Source: Callorhinchus milii (Eukaryota). From it: a stretch of DNA of 64,000 nucleotides. Below the pieces are notes generated by a model. It did not search any database. It saw only the letters and a program-made list of their open reading frames with translations, and had not been told where the DNA came from. Within the stretch, counting starts at the first letter, position 1; every line of letters begins with the position of its first letter. Both the position numbers and the translations under genes were made by a program. Positions 40,231 through 52,175 of this stretch are shown here, one piece after another. The stretch lies in the NCBI RefSeq assembly GCF_018977255.1, contig NW_024704742.1:5768001-5832000 (forward strand), read 5' to 3'.

Positions 40231-40345
40231 CTTATAGAAGTTGCCATAGCTCTTTCGGATGTTGATCCATTTCTTTGCAAATCGTGGATATTGGATGGAG
40301 CTCAGACGACACTGAACATTGAGGAATTTGCTCATGTCCCAGGAC
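40231..40345 (-). CDS. ERI1: ERI1 exon 6
   Basis: ttcag|G TCC TGG GAC ATG...TAT AAG|gtttg; 115 nt; SWDMSKFLNVQCRLSSIQYPRFAKKWINIRKSYGNFYK. Confidence 0.95.
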
Positions 40346-40442
40346 CTGAAAATCAAGAGGATTCACAATGAAACCAATATACGCCCCATAGTGTGACCGT
40401 GCAATATTCAGCCTGTCGAGCACGTTCCACCATTATTATAAA

Positions 40443-40680
40443 CAACAGAAGTCGCTGGGATCACTCAGCAGGTCAGGCAGCATCTATGGAGAGAGGAAAG
40501 TGAGGTAACATTTCAGGTCGCTGACCTTTCGACAGAACTGGGGGACCCGTGTCGTGCTCTTCCAACAGCTCCCAGTTCTGCCGGAAGGTCATTGCCCTGA
40601 AACGTTAACTCACTTTCCTCTCTCCATAGATGCTGCCTGACCTGCTGCGTGTTCAGATTTCCAGCATCTGCAGTATTTAG
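40443..40680. mobile_element. Inverted-repeat (hairpin) element, Penelope-like pLTR remnant with degenerate hammerhead cores
   Basis: Arms of ~85 bp, cagcaggtcaggcagcatctatggagagaggaaagtgag...gaactggg / cccagttc...ctcactttcctctctccatagatgctgcctgacctgctg, around a ~30-nt spacer. Confidence 0.75.
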
Positions 40681-41284
40681 TCTTTTTCCCCCCCACCATT
40701 TATTAGACATTAAATATTAGATATTATTATTAGATATTTCCCTTTTTCAATATCCCATCATAACCTTATTGCCCCAACTTTCTCAATCAGCAATACGTTC
40801 CACATTTTTGCAACCCTCTGCGTGTGAAGAAATCTTTCCTGATTCCCACTTTCTTTTAGAGGCCCGTGTCAGCATTCATTATCTCTTTTCAAAAATGCTG
40901 GTGAATGCCGGTCCCGGCAATGTAATCGTTTGAATCCTGTGAGCAGATGGGATTCAAACAAGTCCAAGCAGATATCCCAGGTCGCTGATGGCTGGCAAGC
41001 ACTGTGAGGAGAGGTGGGCCGACGGGGGTCTAATTATCTTTTTTTTTACATATTTATGTTTCGGCCCAGTCCAGATAAGCCCGAGTTCCAGATCCCCAGA
41101 GTTCAGTAAGTCAGGGGTTTACCGTACTCCAAATGAAGTCTGACCACCACTTCCTCGCGTCTACTACGCTGAATTACGTTCACTCAAGATTTCTGATGTA
41201 TGTAACCTTCAATCGCATTCTTAAGTAAACACCCTTCCACCTCTTTGCTTTTATTTCTTCACTTTTTTTCACACTGGTACATAC

Positions 41285-41394
41285 CCGTCAGTCAGCACTG
41301 CATATTTATGCGTGGTTCCCAGTTCCTTCTCTCTCATCCAGTCAACGACTCGTTGAAACACATCTGGGAAGCTCCCTGCCTTATCAACCATTTC
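41285..41394 (-). CDS. ERI1: ERI1 exon 5
   Basis: ccag|GAA...GAC GG|gtatgt; 110 nt; EMVDKAGSFPDVFQRVVDWMREKELGTTHKYAVLTDG. Confidence 0.95.
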
Positions 41395-42915
41395 CTGGAA
41401 CACAATACTTAAAAAGGTGACTGCTCCCGTTTAGACAATTTAGTCGTCTTATCAGTTTACAGAGTATTGAGCAAATACAGCAGGACCCCATTATAAGGGG
41501 CTAAATTAAGATGGGAAAGATGCTTATCGCGTGGTTGAGGGTGTGGACCCTGATATTTATTTACCCCCAAAAATCGCAAACGAGAGTGATCACCTTCACT
41601 CGTCCTTCAGATCGCCGGATGGTGATCAAAAATCCAGAATGGTCACAATTCTGCGTCGTCAGGTCAAAGTCAACTTCACTTTCTGCGCACTGTGTGACAC
41701 TGACAGGGATCTGATCACCTGGACGTCAATTATTTTGCCTTCTCAGATTGCCGGCCAGTGTTTTGAAACACCAATGAAGCCAGCTGTCCTATTTGCACGC
41801 CTGCACAGTGAATGCGGAAGCACTGACACCTGCCCCCTGATACAGCTCTGCTTAGTAGTTGTGGGACACTCACCGACAGGGCTCTACAGAGCTTCACTAC
41901 ACTATGTACCATTGTTTGTCTTAGTCCATTTCTACTCCATTTGTTGCTTATGTAAAGGAATTAAAGGAAATCCCTGTGTGCAAACAGCAACATTGTCAAA
42001 GACATGATTCTCATTGACTGATTACTAATGTTGGGTTTATATTACAGCAATTTCACACATGCCCACAGGTGGATTTTTGGGGTAAAGCAAAAGGAAGCAT
42101 TGATAATTTTGTACAGAAGAAGGCAGGGGGTGGCCAGAGGAACAGATAGAATAGACCTAGAGGTAGAATGCTAGCGAGACAGGCAAGAGAAAACACAGGA
42201 GCCAGCCCTCAAAAGCAGTTGCGATTCCTGTACAATATCCAATAGAAACGATCCGTTACAGCTTTACTATTGACTATTACACAGAAATCCCAACTCCCAT
42301 TTGAAAGTAGCCTCAAATGTATTTGGGACATTAAGACAGGAGTTTGTTGTTCAGACTCCCTGTTGCTGAAGACGGGAGCCACTGTTGCAATGCGCTGCTG
42401 CTCAAGCAGGAGAGCGATGGGAGCGGGAGGCTTGGTTTATATTTCCTGCTTCAAATTACTTTCACCAGGTGGGATGAGAAGAGATTTATCAATATCCTCA
42501 GAACTTCGCTTAAGCAATGCAAGTTTTTCAATGGTATTAAAGAGGCAATCACTTGAGGTGCAGAATTACTCAGTGAATCACGTCACCGGCTGTATTTATA
42601 CTACAAACTGCTGTAATCCCTCAGAAGGATGTCTTGGCAGCCAGGCTCCAGGGTAAATCGCGTTGTCATTTTTTTTTTTACTCAGTCTCAATCTACACTG
42701 TAGTTTTTTTCCCTACAGTGAACTGCCACAAAATGTGCAATGTAAACTAGACGTGAAGGTCCTGAACCAGTTATTGCATTTGGAATTGAAGCACAATCTA
42801 TCCGAGAATATGCACAGAACACATACACGTAGATTTCTACCATGTTAAAATCTCCCATTACCTATCAAGTCATAATAAATTGAACGTCTACACGCTGGTG
42901 GTTGAGTCAGGTTAC

Positions 42916-42999
42916 CTGTGTGATGCCTGTGAGCTTGGTGCAGAACTCAGTAAGCTCAGGTTTTAATTCAGGCTTGACATATTCCTGGAACGTATCCTC
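42916..42999 (-). CDS. ERI1: ERI1 exon 4
   Basis: cag|GAG...CAG|gtaac; 84 nt; EDTFQEYVKPELKPELTEFCTKLTGITQ. Confidence 0.95.
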
Positions 43000-43149
43000 C
43001 TGGGGAAGAACAAATAAGATTTTCTGTTAGCAAAAAAACCCAGACTACTATTAGCTTTATTCACAGCCCCTTTCACTTACCCTGCCTTTTATGCAAGTGC
43101 TCTGAGAGACTATCCTGCGGCGTGGAGGGCGCTATATACGTGCAAGTTG

Positions 43150-43880
43150 CTGTTGTATATACCTGCATTCCCAAGTTCCTTTGCTTCCCTTCTCTTTGCA
43201 AGATGCTGCCGTTCAATATTTGCTCCATTCCCTCATTTCTTCTACCAAAACGAATCACTTCATATTTCGCTGCATTAGACATCATCTGCCACTGATCTGC
43301 CCATAACGCTAATCTATTTAAATCCACCGGCAGTCCACTTGCCATCCTCCTCACTATACCTCTTAACTTGATATCATCCACAAACTTCAATACCGTACTC
43401 CCTAAATCTATTCATCAATTAAATATCAATAGTGACCTTGACTTAGATATAAGGAGGTGTTCTGGCCAATAATCCAATTAAAATCAGTCTCTCACTTCAA
43501 GACTCTGTGCGACACTGTTGAGCATAAATTGGCTGCTGCATTTTGCCTACAAAATACGCACAGCGCAGTATGTCCTGAGAAGTGCTTCGAGACGTCTCGA
43601 CGACGTGATGCGGAGCTAAATCAAAATCAAGGATTTTTATTATAATGAATGGAAAACCGGGGCCCCGGTATAGACCCCTGCGGGATGCCACTAATTAACT
43701 AGAAAAACATTGTTTTAGCCCTACTCTCTCCTTCAGGCACCTTTCTATCCAAGCCACCGCATTTCCTCCTGCTTCCCCCCCCATACCGTGAGCTCTCAAC
43801 CAGTTCTCCACGTGGAACCTTATCAAACACCTTCTGGAAATTCAAATACATAAGATAACATTGCCATAACATTGCCTTTA
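43150..43880 (-). mobile_element. Decayed CR1 RT fragments interrupted by a SINE piece
   Basis: KFVDDIKL..WADQWQM and YLNFQKVFDKVP on the minus strand; SINE tail at ~43500-43645. Confidence 0.75.
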
Positions 43881-44307
43881 TCTGCACGAACTGTACCAAG
43901 TTGCGCTTTTGCTTCAGCAGTTAACGCTCCCATGACAACACCGTAATGCACTATCATTCCTTTTTCACGCTAGCTCTGGCAAGTGGTGATACAAACACCT
44001 CGCCCAGCGAAGAAACACTATTTCTCCTGAATGCTATTTGTTGACCCGGATAACAAGAAATAGCACCATTTACAGAAGCATTGCGACTCTGGGCGAATAA
44101 CAATATTACATTTGTGTTGCGCCTTTCAGGTCGGGAGGACGTCCCAAGGCGCTGGGGTTTAATAATAATTTAAAAGTGGGGTCAGCGCGTGGAAACGTGA
44201 TGCCTCGAGAAGAAACCCCCAAGAGCAATCATCAGCATTACAGCATACAGCTTCAGGTCCCTTCCCCTAATCTCAATACCAGGTGCAGTAAACACATAAC
44301 TACTCAC

Positions 44308-44527
44308 AATCTCCAGGGTGCGAGTATTCACGAGGGCAATAGGGAATTCAATGATCTCATGCAGGTATTCGGGCGGGTTATTCTCTTCACACGTTGCTTC
44401 AAAGTCAATGACGCAGAGGTAATCGTAGTACGTGTCCGACTGGTCGAGGTCTGTCCGCAGACTCTGAGTCATCTTCTGTTTCTTGTAGTAATTCTTCAGC
44501 CGTTTCCTCAGCACATCATTGACTCCT
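44308..44527 (-). CDS. ERI1: ERI1 exon 3 (end of SAP domain, ExoI motif)
   Basis: ttcag|A GGA GTC...GAG ATT|gtgagt; 220 nt; GVNDVLRKRLKNYYKKQK...YDYLCVIDFEATCEE...HEIIEFPIALVNTRTLEI. Confidence 0.95.
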
Positions 44528-45407
44528 CTGAAGTGCATCAGCGGGGAAGAGATTAGACAAAAAAATGGATATCATGCAGAAGATATCACATTCATCATTA
44601 TTATTGTTATTATTGTTATGATCTACTACGAGCTCCTCAACTTTCAGTGAACGTGAAGGGTGTAGAGGCTATTTTGTCCGCGGGCTTCGGTTTCTATTCA
44701 TTTCGAATCTAGTGACGGTTTTCAGACAAGTCACCGCAATCGTCATTCGCAGGAAGTTCCAGAGGTTAGGGGGGGTAGTGGCCTGAAGGCACGGCCACAA
44801 TTGCGGCCTGGAGGGGATGGGGGCCGGTGCCAGCTGAACAGAAGGGGGGGGGGGGGGGCAGAGGTGTGCGGTGAACGCTTGGCGGGAGGTGAACTTCGCT
44901 TCTGATATAATGCGGGTGCAGAGTAAACCCGTACGCGCTTACGTGAATTTCAACCGGAGCGCGTTCTAACGGGGCTGTCCCGTAAAGGCTTATACCTTAG
45001 AAGATATACGTCCCCCCCCGTCCCACCGTTGGCGGGAGAGCCTTCAGCCACTCTGCGCCCAACCTCTGGAATTACATCTCCCCTCTGCCTCGTCCCCCTC
45101 CTTATCCTCCTTCAAGTCCCGCCTCAAGACCCTCCTCTTCGACCACGCCATCGGTCACCTTCCCCTCCCCTCCCCGCCCCCCCGACCCCATAAATTGCAT
45201 AACTGAAGGTATTGTATGCCATTCATTGCAATTTTTAGATACTATTCATGTCTTTTTTTCCCCCAAAGACAGTCCGAGCAGCTCGAGTCTTATTAACATG
45301 GAAAGGCCACCTGACCCCAGCGTAACAGACCGGTTAATATTATCGACTATAAGGACATTCTCTTCCTTTTCGGCTTCTAATCAAACATTTTCCGGAACAA
45401 TTCTCAC

Positions 45408-45586
45408 CTAGTTTCCAGATAGAAATCTGCCAGCTTTGCTCGGAGCTCCTCGCGAGTCATCCTGTTGATATGACCATTTGTAACAGCAATTTCTTTGAAC
45501 AGTGGGTCACTGAAATCTTTGACAGTGGCACCGGGGCTAGTTTTTACCCTCTCCTCCTGTCCATCAATTCTGCAGGGTTGTTTGGC
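45408..45586 (-). CDS. ERI1: ERI1 exon 2 (start of SAP domain)
   Basis: ttcag|GCC...ACT AG|gtgag; 179 nt; AKQPCRIDGQEERVKTSPGATVKDFSDPLFKEIAVTNGHINRMTREELRAKLADFYLETR. Confidence 0.93.
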
Positions 45587-45719
45587 CTGAAATCACAGGA
45601 AACTATTACTTCAGATAAAACTCTCAGGTGGAATTATGCAGTGTGACAGCTGGAACATTACTTTCAAATGTAATGAAGGAGATTATTAGAAAATGCCAGC
45701 ATTTCAACTTGCATTGATA

Positions 45720-48700
45720 TAGGGTGTATTTATAATGGTATATGATGATATAGGGTGTGTTTATGATGGTATAGGGGTGTATACGATGGTATAGGGGTGT
45801 ATATGATGGTTTAGGGGTATACATGATGGTTTAGGGGTGTATATGATGGTGTAGGTGATGGTGTAGTGGTGGAGGTGATGGTTTGGGGGTTTTGGTGATG
45901 GTATAGGGGGTGGAGGTGATGGTGTAGAGGTGTTGGTGATGGTGTAGTGGTGGAGGCGATGGTGTAGTGGTGTTGGTGATGGTGTAGTGGTGTAGGTGAT
46001 GGTATAGGGGGTGTAGGTGATGGTGTAGTGGTGGAGGTGATGGTGTAGTGGTGGAGGTGATGGTGTAGTGGTGTAGGTGATGGTGTAGAGGTGTTGGTGA
46101 CGGTGTAGTGGTGGAGGTGATGGTGTAGTGGTGGAGGTGATGGTGTAGGTGATGGTGTAGAGGTGTTGGTGACGGTGTAGAGGTGATGGTGTAGAGGTGG
46201 AGGTGATGGTGTAGTGGTGGAGGTGTAGTGCTGTTTGTGATGGTGTAGTGGTGGAGGTGTAGAGGTGTTTGTGATGGTGTAGTGCTGTTGGTGATGGTGT
46301 AGTGGTGGAGGTGATGGTGTAGAGGTGTTGGTGATGGTGTAGAGGTGGAGGTGATGGTGTAGTGGTGGAGGTGATGGTGTAGTGGTGGAGGTGATGGTAT
46401 AGTGGTGGAGGTGATGGTGTAGTGGTGGAGGTGATGGTGCAGTGGTGGAGGTGTAGAGGTGTTTGTGATGGTGTAGTGGTGTTGATGATGGTGTAATGGT
46501 GGAAGTGATGGTGTAGAGGTGTTTGTGATGGTGTAGTGGTGTTGGTGATGGTGTAGTGGTGGAGGTGATGGTGTAGTGGTGGAGGTGATGGTGTAGTGGT
46601 GTTGGTGATGGTGTAGAGGTGTTTGTGATGGTGTAGTGGTGTTGGTGATGGTGTAGTGGTGTTGGTGATGGTGTAGTGGTGGAGGTGATGGTGTAGTGGT
46701 GTTGATGATGGTGTAGTGGTGTTGGTGATGGTGTAGTGGTGTTGGTGATGGTGTAGTGGTGTTGGTGATGGTGTAGTGGTGGAGGTGATGGTGTAGTGGT
46801 GTTGGTGATGGTGTAGTGGTGATGGTATAGAGGTGGAGGTGATGGTGTAGTGGTGGAGGTGATGGTGTAGTGGAGTTGGTGATGGTGTAGTGGTGGAGGT
46901 GATGGTGTAGAGGTGTTGGTGATGGTGTAGTGGTGGAGGTGATGGTGTAGTGGTGGAGGTGATGGTGTAGTGTAGTTGGTGATGGTGTAGTGGTGGAGGT
47001 GATGGTGTAGAGGTGTTGGTGATGGTGTAGTGGTGGAGGTGATGGTGTAGTGGTGTTGGTGATGGTGTAGAGGTGTTGGTGATGGTTTAGTGGTGTAGGT
47101 GATGGTATAGGGGGTGTAGGTGATGGTGTAGTGGTGGAGGTGATGGTGTAGTGGTGTAGGTGATGGTGTAGAGGTGTTGGTGACTGTGTAGTGGTGTAAG
47201 TGATGGTGTAGTGGTGGAGGTGATGGTGCAGTGGTGTTGGTGATGGTGTAGTGGTGGAGGTGATGGTGTAGAGGTGTTGGTGATGGTGTAGAGGTGGAGG
47301 TGATGGTGTAGAGGTGGAGGTGATGGTGTAGAGGTGTTTGTGATGGTGTAGTGTTGGAGGTGTAGAGGTGTTTGTGATGGTGTAGTGGTGGAGGTGTAGA
47401 GGTGTTTGTGATGGTGTAGTGGTGTTGGTGATGGTGTAGTGGTGGAGGTGATGGTGTAGAGGTGTTGGTGATGGTGTAGTGGTGGAGGTGATGGTGTAGT
47501 GGTGTTGGTGATGGTGTAGAGGTGTTGGTGATGGTGTAGTGGTGTAGGTGATGGTATAGGGGGTGTAGGTGATGGTGTAGAGGTGTTGGTGACGGTGTAG
47601 TGGTGTAAGTGATGGTGTAGTGGTGGAGGTGATGGTGCAGTGGTGTTGGTGATGGTGTAGTGGTGGAGGTGGTGGTGTAGAGGTGTTGGTGATGGTGTAG
47701 AGGTGGAGGTGATGGTGTAGAGGTGGAGGTGATGGAGTAGAGGTGGAGGTGATGGTGTAGTGGTGGAGGTGTAGAGGTGTTTGTGATGGTGTAGTGGTGG
47801 AGGTGTAGAGGTGTTTGTGATGGTGTAGTGGTGTTGGTGATGGTGTAGTGGTGGAGGTGATGGTGTAGTGGTGGAGGTGATGGTATAGTGGTGGAGGTGA
47901 TGGTGTAGTGGTGGAGGTGATGGTGTAGTGGTGTTGGTGATGGTGTAGAGGTGTTGGTGATGGTGTAGTGGTGTTGGTGATGGTGTAGTGGTGTTAGTGT
48001 AGAGGTGATGGTGTAGTGGTGGAGGTGATGGTGTAGTGGTGGAGGTGATGGTGTAGAGGTGATGGTGTAGAGGTGGAGGTGATGGTGTAGTGGTGGAGGT
48101 GTAGAGGTGTTTGTGATGGTGTAGTGGTGGAGGTGTAGAGGTGTTTGTGATGGTGTAGTGCTGTTGGTGATGGTGTAGTGGTGGAGGTGATGGTGTAGAG
48201 GTGTTGGTGATGGTGTAGAGGTGGAGGTGATGGTGTAGTGGTGGAGGTGATGGTGTAGTGGTGGAGGTGATGGTATAGTGGTGGAGGTGATGGTGTAGTG
48301 GTGGAGGTGATGGTGTAGTGGTGGAGGTGTAGAGGTGTTTGTGATGGTGTAGTGGTGTTGATGATGGTGTAATGGTGGAAGTGATGGTGTAGAGGTGTTT
48401 GTGATGGTGTAGTGGTGTTGGTGATGGTGTAGTGGTGGAGGTGATGGTGTAGTGGTGGAGGTGATGGTGTAGTGGTGTTGGTGATGGTGTAGAGGTGTTT
48501 GTGATGGTGTAGTGGTGTTGGTGATGGTGTAGTGGTGTTGGTGATGGTGTAGTGGTGGAGGTGATGGTGTAGTGGTGTTGATGATGGTGTAGTGGTGTTG
48601 GTGATGGTGTAGTGGTGTTGGTGATGGTGTAGTGGTGTTGGTGATGGTGTAGTGGTGGAGGTGATGGTGTAGTGGTGATGGTATAGAGGTGGAGGTGATG

Positions 48701-51700
48701 GTGTAGTGGTGGAGGTGATGGTGTAGTGGAGTTGGTGATGGTGTAGTGGTGGAGGTGATGGTGTAGAGGTGTTGGTGATGGTGTAGTGGTGGAGGTGATG
48801 GTGTAGTGGTGGAGGTGATGGTGCAGTGTAGTTGGTGATGGTGTAGTGGTGGAGGTGATGGTGTAGAGGTGTTGGTGATGGTGTAGTGGAGTTGGTGATG
48901 GTGTAGTGGTGGAGGTGATGGTGTAGAGGTGTTGGTGATGGTGTAGTGGTGGAGGTGATGGTGTAGTGGTGGAGGTGATGGTGCAGTGTAGTTGGTGATG
49001 GTGTAGTGGTGGAGGTGATGGTGTAGAGGTGTTGGTGATGGTGTAGTGGTGGAGGTGATGGTGTAGTGGTGTTGGTGATGGTGTAGTGGTGTAGGTGATG
49101 GTATAGGGGGTGTAGGTGATGGTGTAGTGGTGGAGGTGATGGTGTAGTGGTGTAGGTGATGGTGTAGAGGTGTTGGTGACGGTGTAGTGGTGTAAGTGAT
49201 GGTGTAGTGGTGGAGGTGATGGTGCAGTGGTGTTGGTGATGGTGTAGTGGTGGAGGTGATGGTGTAGAGGTGTTGGTGATGGTGTAGAGGTGGAGGTGAT
49301 TGAGTAGAGGTGGAGGTGAGGGTGTAGTGGTGGAGGTGTAGAGGTGTTTGTGATGGTGTAGTGGTGTTGGTGATGGTGTAGTGGTGGATGTGATGGTATA
49401 GTGGTGGAGGTGATGGTGTAGTGGTGGAGGTGATGGTGTAGTGGTGGAGGTGATGGTGTAGTGGTGTTGGTGATGGTGTAGAGGTGTTGGTGATGGTGTA
49501 GTGGTGTTGGTCATGGTGTAGTGTTGTTAGTGTAGAGGTGATGGTGTAGTGGTGATGGTGTAGTGGTGTTGGTGATGGTGTAGAGGTGTTGGTGATGGTG
49601 TAGTGGTGTTGGTGACGGTGTAGTGGTGATGGTGTAGTGGTGTTGGTGTAGTGGTGTTGTTGTAGTGGTGATGGTGTAGTGGTGTAGTGGTGTTGGTGAT
49701 GGTGTAGTGGTGTTGGTGATGGTGTAGAGGTGATGGTGTAGTGGTGTTGGTGATGGTGTAGAGGTGTTGGTGATGGTGTAGAGGTGTTGGTGATGGTGTA
49801 GAGGTGTTGGTGATGGTGTAGAGGTGATGGTGTAGTGGTGTAGTAGTGATGGTGTAGTGGTGTAGTGGTGATGGTGTAGTGGTGTTGGTGATGGTGTAGA
49901 GGTGATGGTGTAGAGGTGGAGGTGATGGTGTAGTGGTGATGGTGTAGTGGTGATGGTGTAGTGGTGTAGTGGTGATGGTGTAGTGGTGTTGGTGATGGTG
50001 TAGAGGTGATGGTGTAGAGGTGGAGGTGATGGTGTAGTGGTGATGGTGTAGTGGTGTTGGTGATGGTGTAGTGGTGATGGTGTAGTGGTGTAGTAGTGAT
50101 GGTGTAGTGGTGTAGTGGTGATGGTGTAGTGGTGTAGTGGTGATGGTGTAGTGGTGTAGTGGTGTTGGTGATGGTGTAGTGGTGATGGTGTAGTGGTGTA
50201 GTGGTGTAGTGGTGTTGGTGATGGTGTAGTGGTGTTGGTGATGGTGTAGTGGTGTAGTGGTGATGGTGTAGTGGTGTTGGTGATGGTGTAGTGGTGTTGG
50301 TGATGGTGTAGTGGTGTAGTGGTGATGGTGTAGTGGTGTTGGTGATGGTGTAGTGGTGTAGAGGTGTTGGTGATGGTGTAGAGGTGTAGTGGTGTAGTGG
50401 AGTTGGTGTAGTGGTGATGGTGTAGTGGTGTTGGTGTAGTGGTGATGGTGTAGTGGTGTAGTGGTGATGGTGTAGTGGTGTAGTGGAGTTGGTGTAGTGG
50501 TGATGGTGTAGTGGTGTAGTGGAGTTGGTGTAGTGGTGTAGTGGAGTTGGTGTAGTGGTGATGGTGTAGTGGTGTAGTGGTGTTGGTGTAGTGGTGTAGT
50601 GGTGATGGTGTAGAGGTGTTGGTGATGGTGTAGTGGTGTAGTGGAGTTGGTGTAGTGGTGTAGTGGTGTTGGTGTAGTGGAGTTGGTGTAGTGGTGTAGT
50701 GGTGTTGGTGTAGTGGTGTAGTGGTGTTGGTATAGTGGAGTTGGTGTAGTGGAGTTGGTGTAGTGGTGTAGTGGTGTTGGTGTAGTGGAGTTGGTGTAGT
50801 GGAGTTGGTGTAGTGGAGTTGGTGTAGTGGAGTTGGTGTAGTGGAGTTGGTGTAGTGGTGTAGTGGAGTTGGTGTAGTGGTGTTGGTGTAGTGGTGTAGT
50901 GGTGTAGTGGAGTTGGTGTAGTGGAGTTGGTGTAGTGGTGTAGTGGAGTTGGTGTAGTGGTGTAGTGGAGTTGGTGTAGTGGTGTAGTGGTGTTGGTGTA
51001 GTGGTGTTGGTGTAGTGGTGTAGTGGAGTTGGTGTAGTGGTGTAGTGGTGTTGGTGTAGTGGAGTTGGTGTAGTGGTGTAGTGGAGTTGGTGTAGTGGTG
51101 TAGTGGAGTTGGTGTAGTGGAGTTGGTGTAGTGGAGTTGGTGTAGTGGTGTTGGTGTAGTGGAGTTGGTGTAGTGGTGTAGTGGAGTTGGTGTAGTGGAG
51201 TTGGTGTAGTGCAGTTGGTGTAGTGGTGTAGTGGAGTTGGTGTAGTGATGTAGTGGAGTTGGTGTAGTGGAGTTGGTGTAGTGGTGTAGTGGAGTTGGTG
51301 TAGTGGAGTTGGTGTAGTGGAGTTGGTGTAGTGGTGATGGTGTAGTGGTGTAGTGGTGTTGGTGTAGTGGTTGTGGTGTAGTGGAGTTGGTGTAGTGGTG
51401 TAGTGGAGTTGGTGTAGTGGAGTTGGTGTAGTGGTGTAGTGGAGTTGGTGTAGTGGAGTTGGTGTAGTGGAGTTGGTGTAGTGGTGATGGTGTAGTGGTG
51501 TTGGTGTAGTGGTTGTGGTGTAGTGGAGTTGGTGTAGAGGTGTAGTGGTTATGGTGTAGTGGTGATGGTGTAGTGGAGTTGGTGTAGTGGTGTAGTGGTG
51601 ATGGTGTAGTGGTTGTGGTGTAGTGGAGTTGGTGTAGAGGTGTAGTGGTGATGGTGTAGTGGAGTAGTGGAGTTGGTGTAGTGGTGTAGTGGTTATGGTG

Positions 51701-51735
51701 TAGAGGTGTAGAGGTGTAGTGATGATTTGGGGGTT
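45720..51735. repeat. ~5.9-kb G/T-rich tandem satellite filling ERI1 intron 1
   Basis: 20-mer GGTGATGGTGTAG(T/A)GGTG(GA/TT) grading into a 14-mer GGTGTAGTGGAGTT and an 8-mer GGTGTAGT; almost no C on the + strand. Confidence 0.97.
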
Positions 51736-51770
51736 TTGACAATGGTGTAAATTGTTTCAATGCCACTCAC

Positions 51771-51779
51771 GGATTTCAT
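51771..51779 (-). CDS. ERI1: ERI1 coding exon 1 (Met-Lys-Ser only)
   Basis: Minus strand gacATG AAA TCC|gtgagt. This is the first ATG downstream of the CpG-rich promoter, and phase 0 matches exon 2. Confidence 0.7.
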
Positions 51780-52175
51780 GTCTGTCTCGAGCGGCGGCTT
51801 CCGGGCCGTCTCCGGAAGTGCGTCCGCTCGCTTCCGGCTCGGTTCCCCCCCCCCCCCGGCGCCGCGCTGCCAGCGAGGCGCGTGCGCGGGGCTCCGCCGT
51901 GACGTGTGAGTCCTCGGGCGGACGTGAGGGAAGGGTGGGTGGGAGGGGCGGCCGGTGCCAGGCCCCAGTCACGTGGCCAGGGCCAGCCCTCCCCCGCAGT
52001 CACGTGGCCAGGGCCAGCCCTCCCCAGGAGTCACGTGGCCAGGGCCAGCCCGCCCCAGGAGTCACGTGGCCAGGGCCAGCCCGCCCCAGGAGTCACGTGG
52101 CCAGGACCAGCCTCCGCCCTCCCTGCTGACCTTCGACCCCCCCCCACACCCCCCACCCCCACCGATCACGTGGTC
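51780..52175 (-). promoter_or_regulatory. CpG-rich ERI1 promoter / 5' UTR
   Basis: ETS/GABP-type CCGGAAG motifs at 51798, 51812 and 51831. NRF1-like GCGCGTGCGC at 51878, CRE half-site GTGACGT at 51899, GC boxes and an E-box array. High CpG density directly upstream of the ATG. Confidence 0.75.
51960..52120. repeat. 31-bp tandem repeat x5 carrying GTCACGTGGC
   Basis: Motif starts at 51968, 51999, 52030, 52061 and 52092. Confidence 0.95.

Noticed and set aside
47994..51766. 506-aa and 751-aa His/Thr/Pro-rich ORFs on the minus strand
   Set aside because: Translations of the satellite. The strand is nearly G-free and lacks TAA, so stops are absent by composition. They lie inside ERI1 intron 1.
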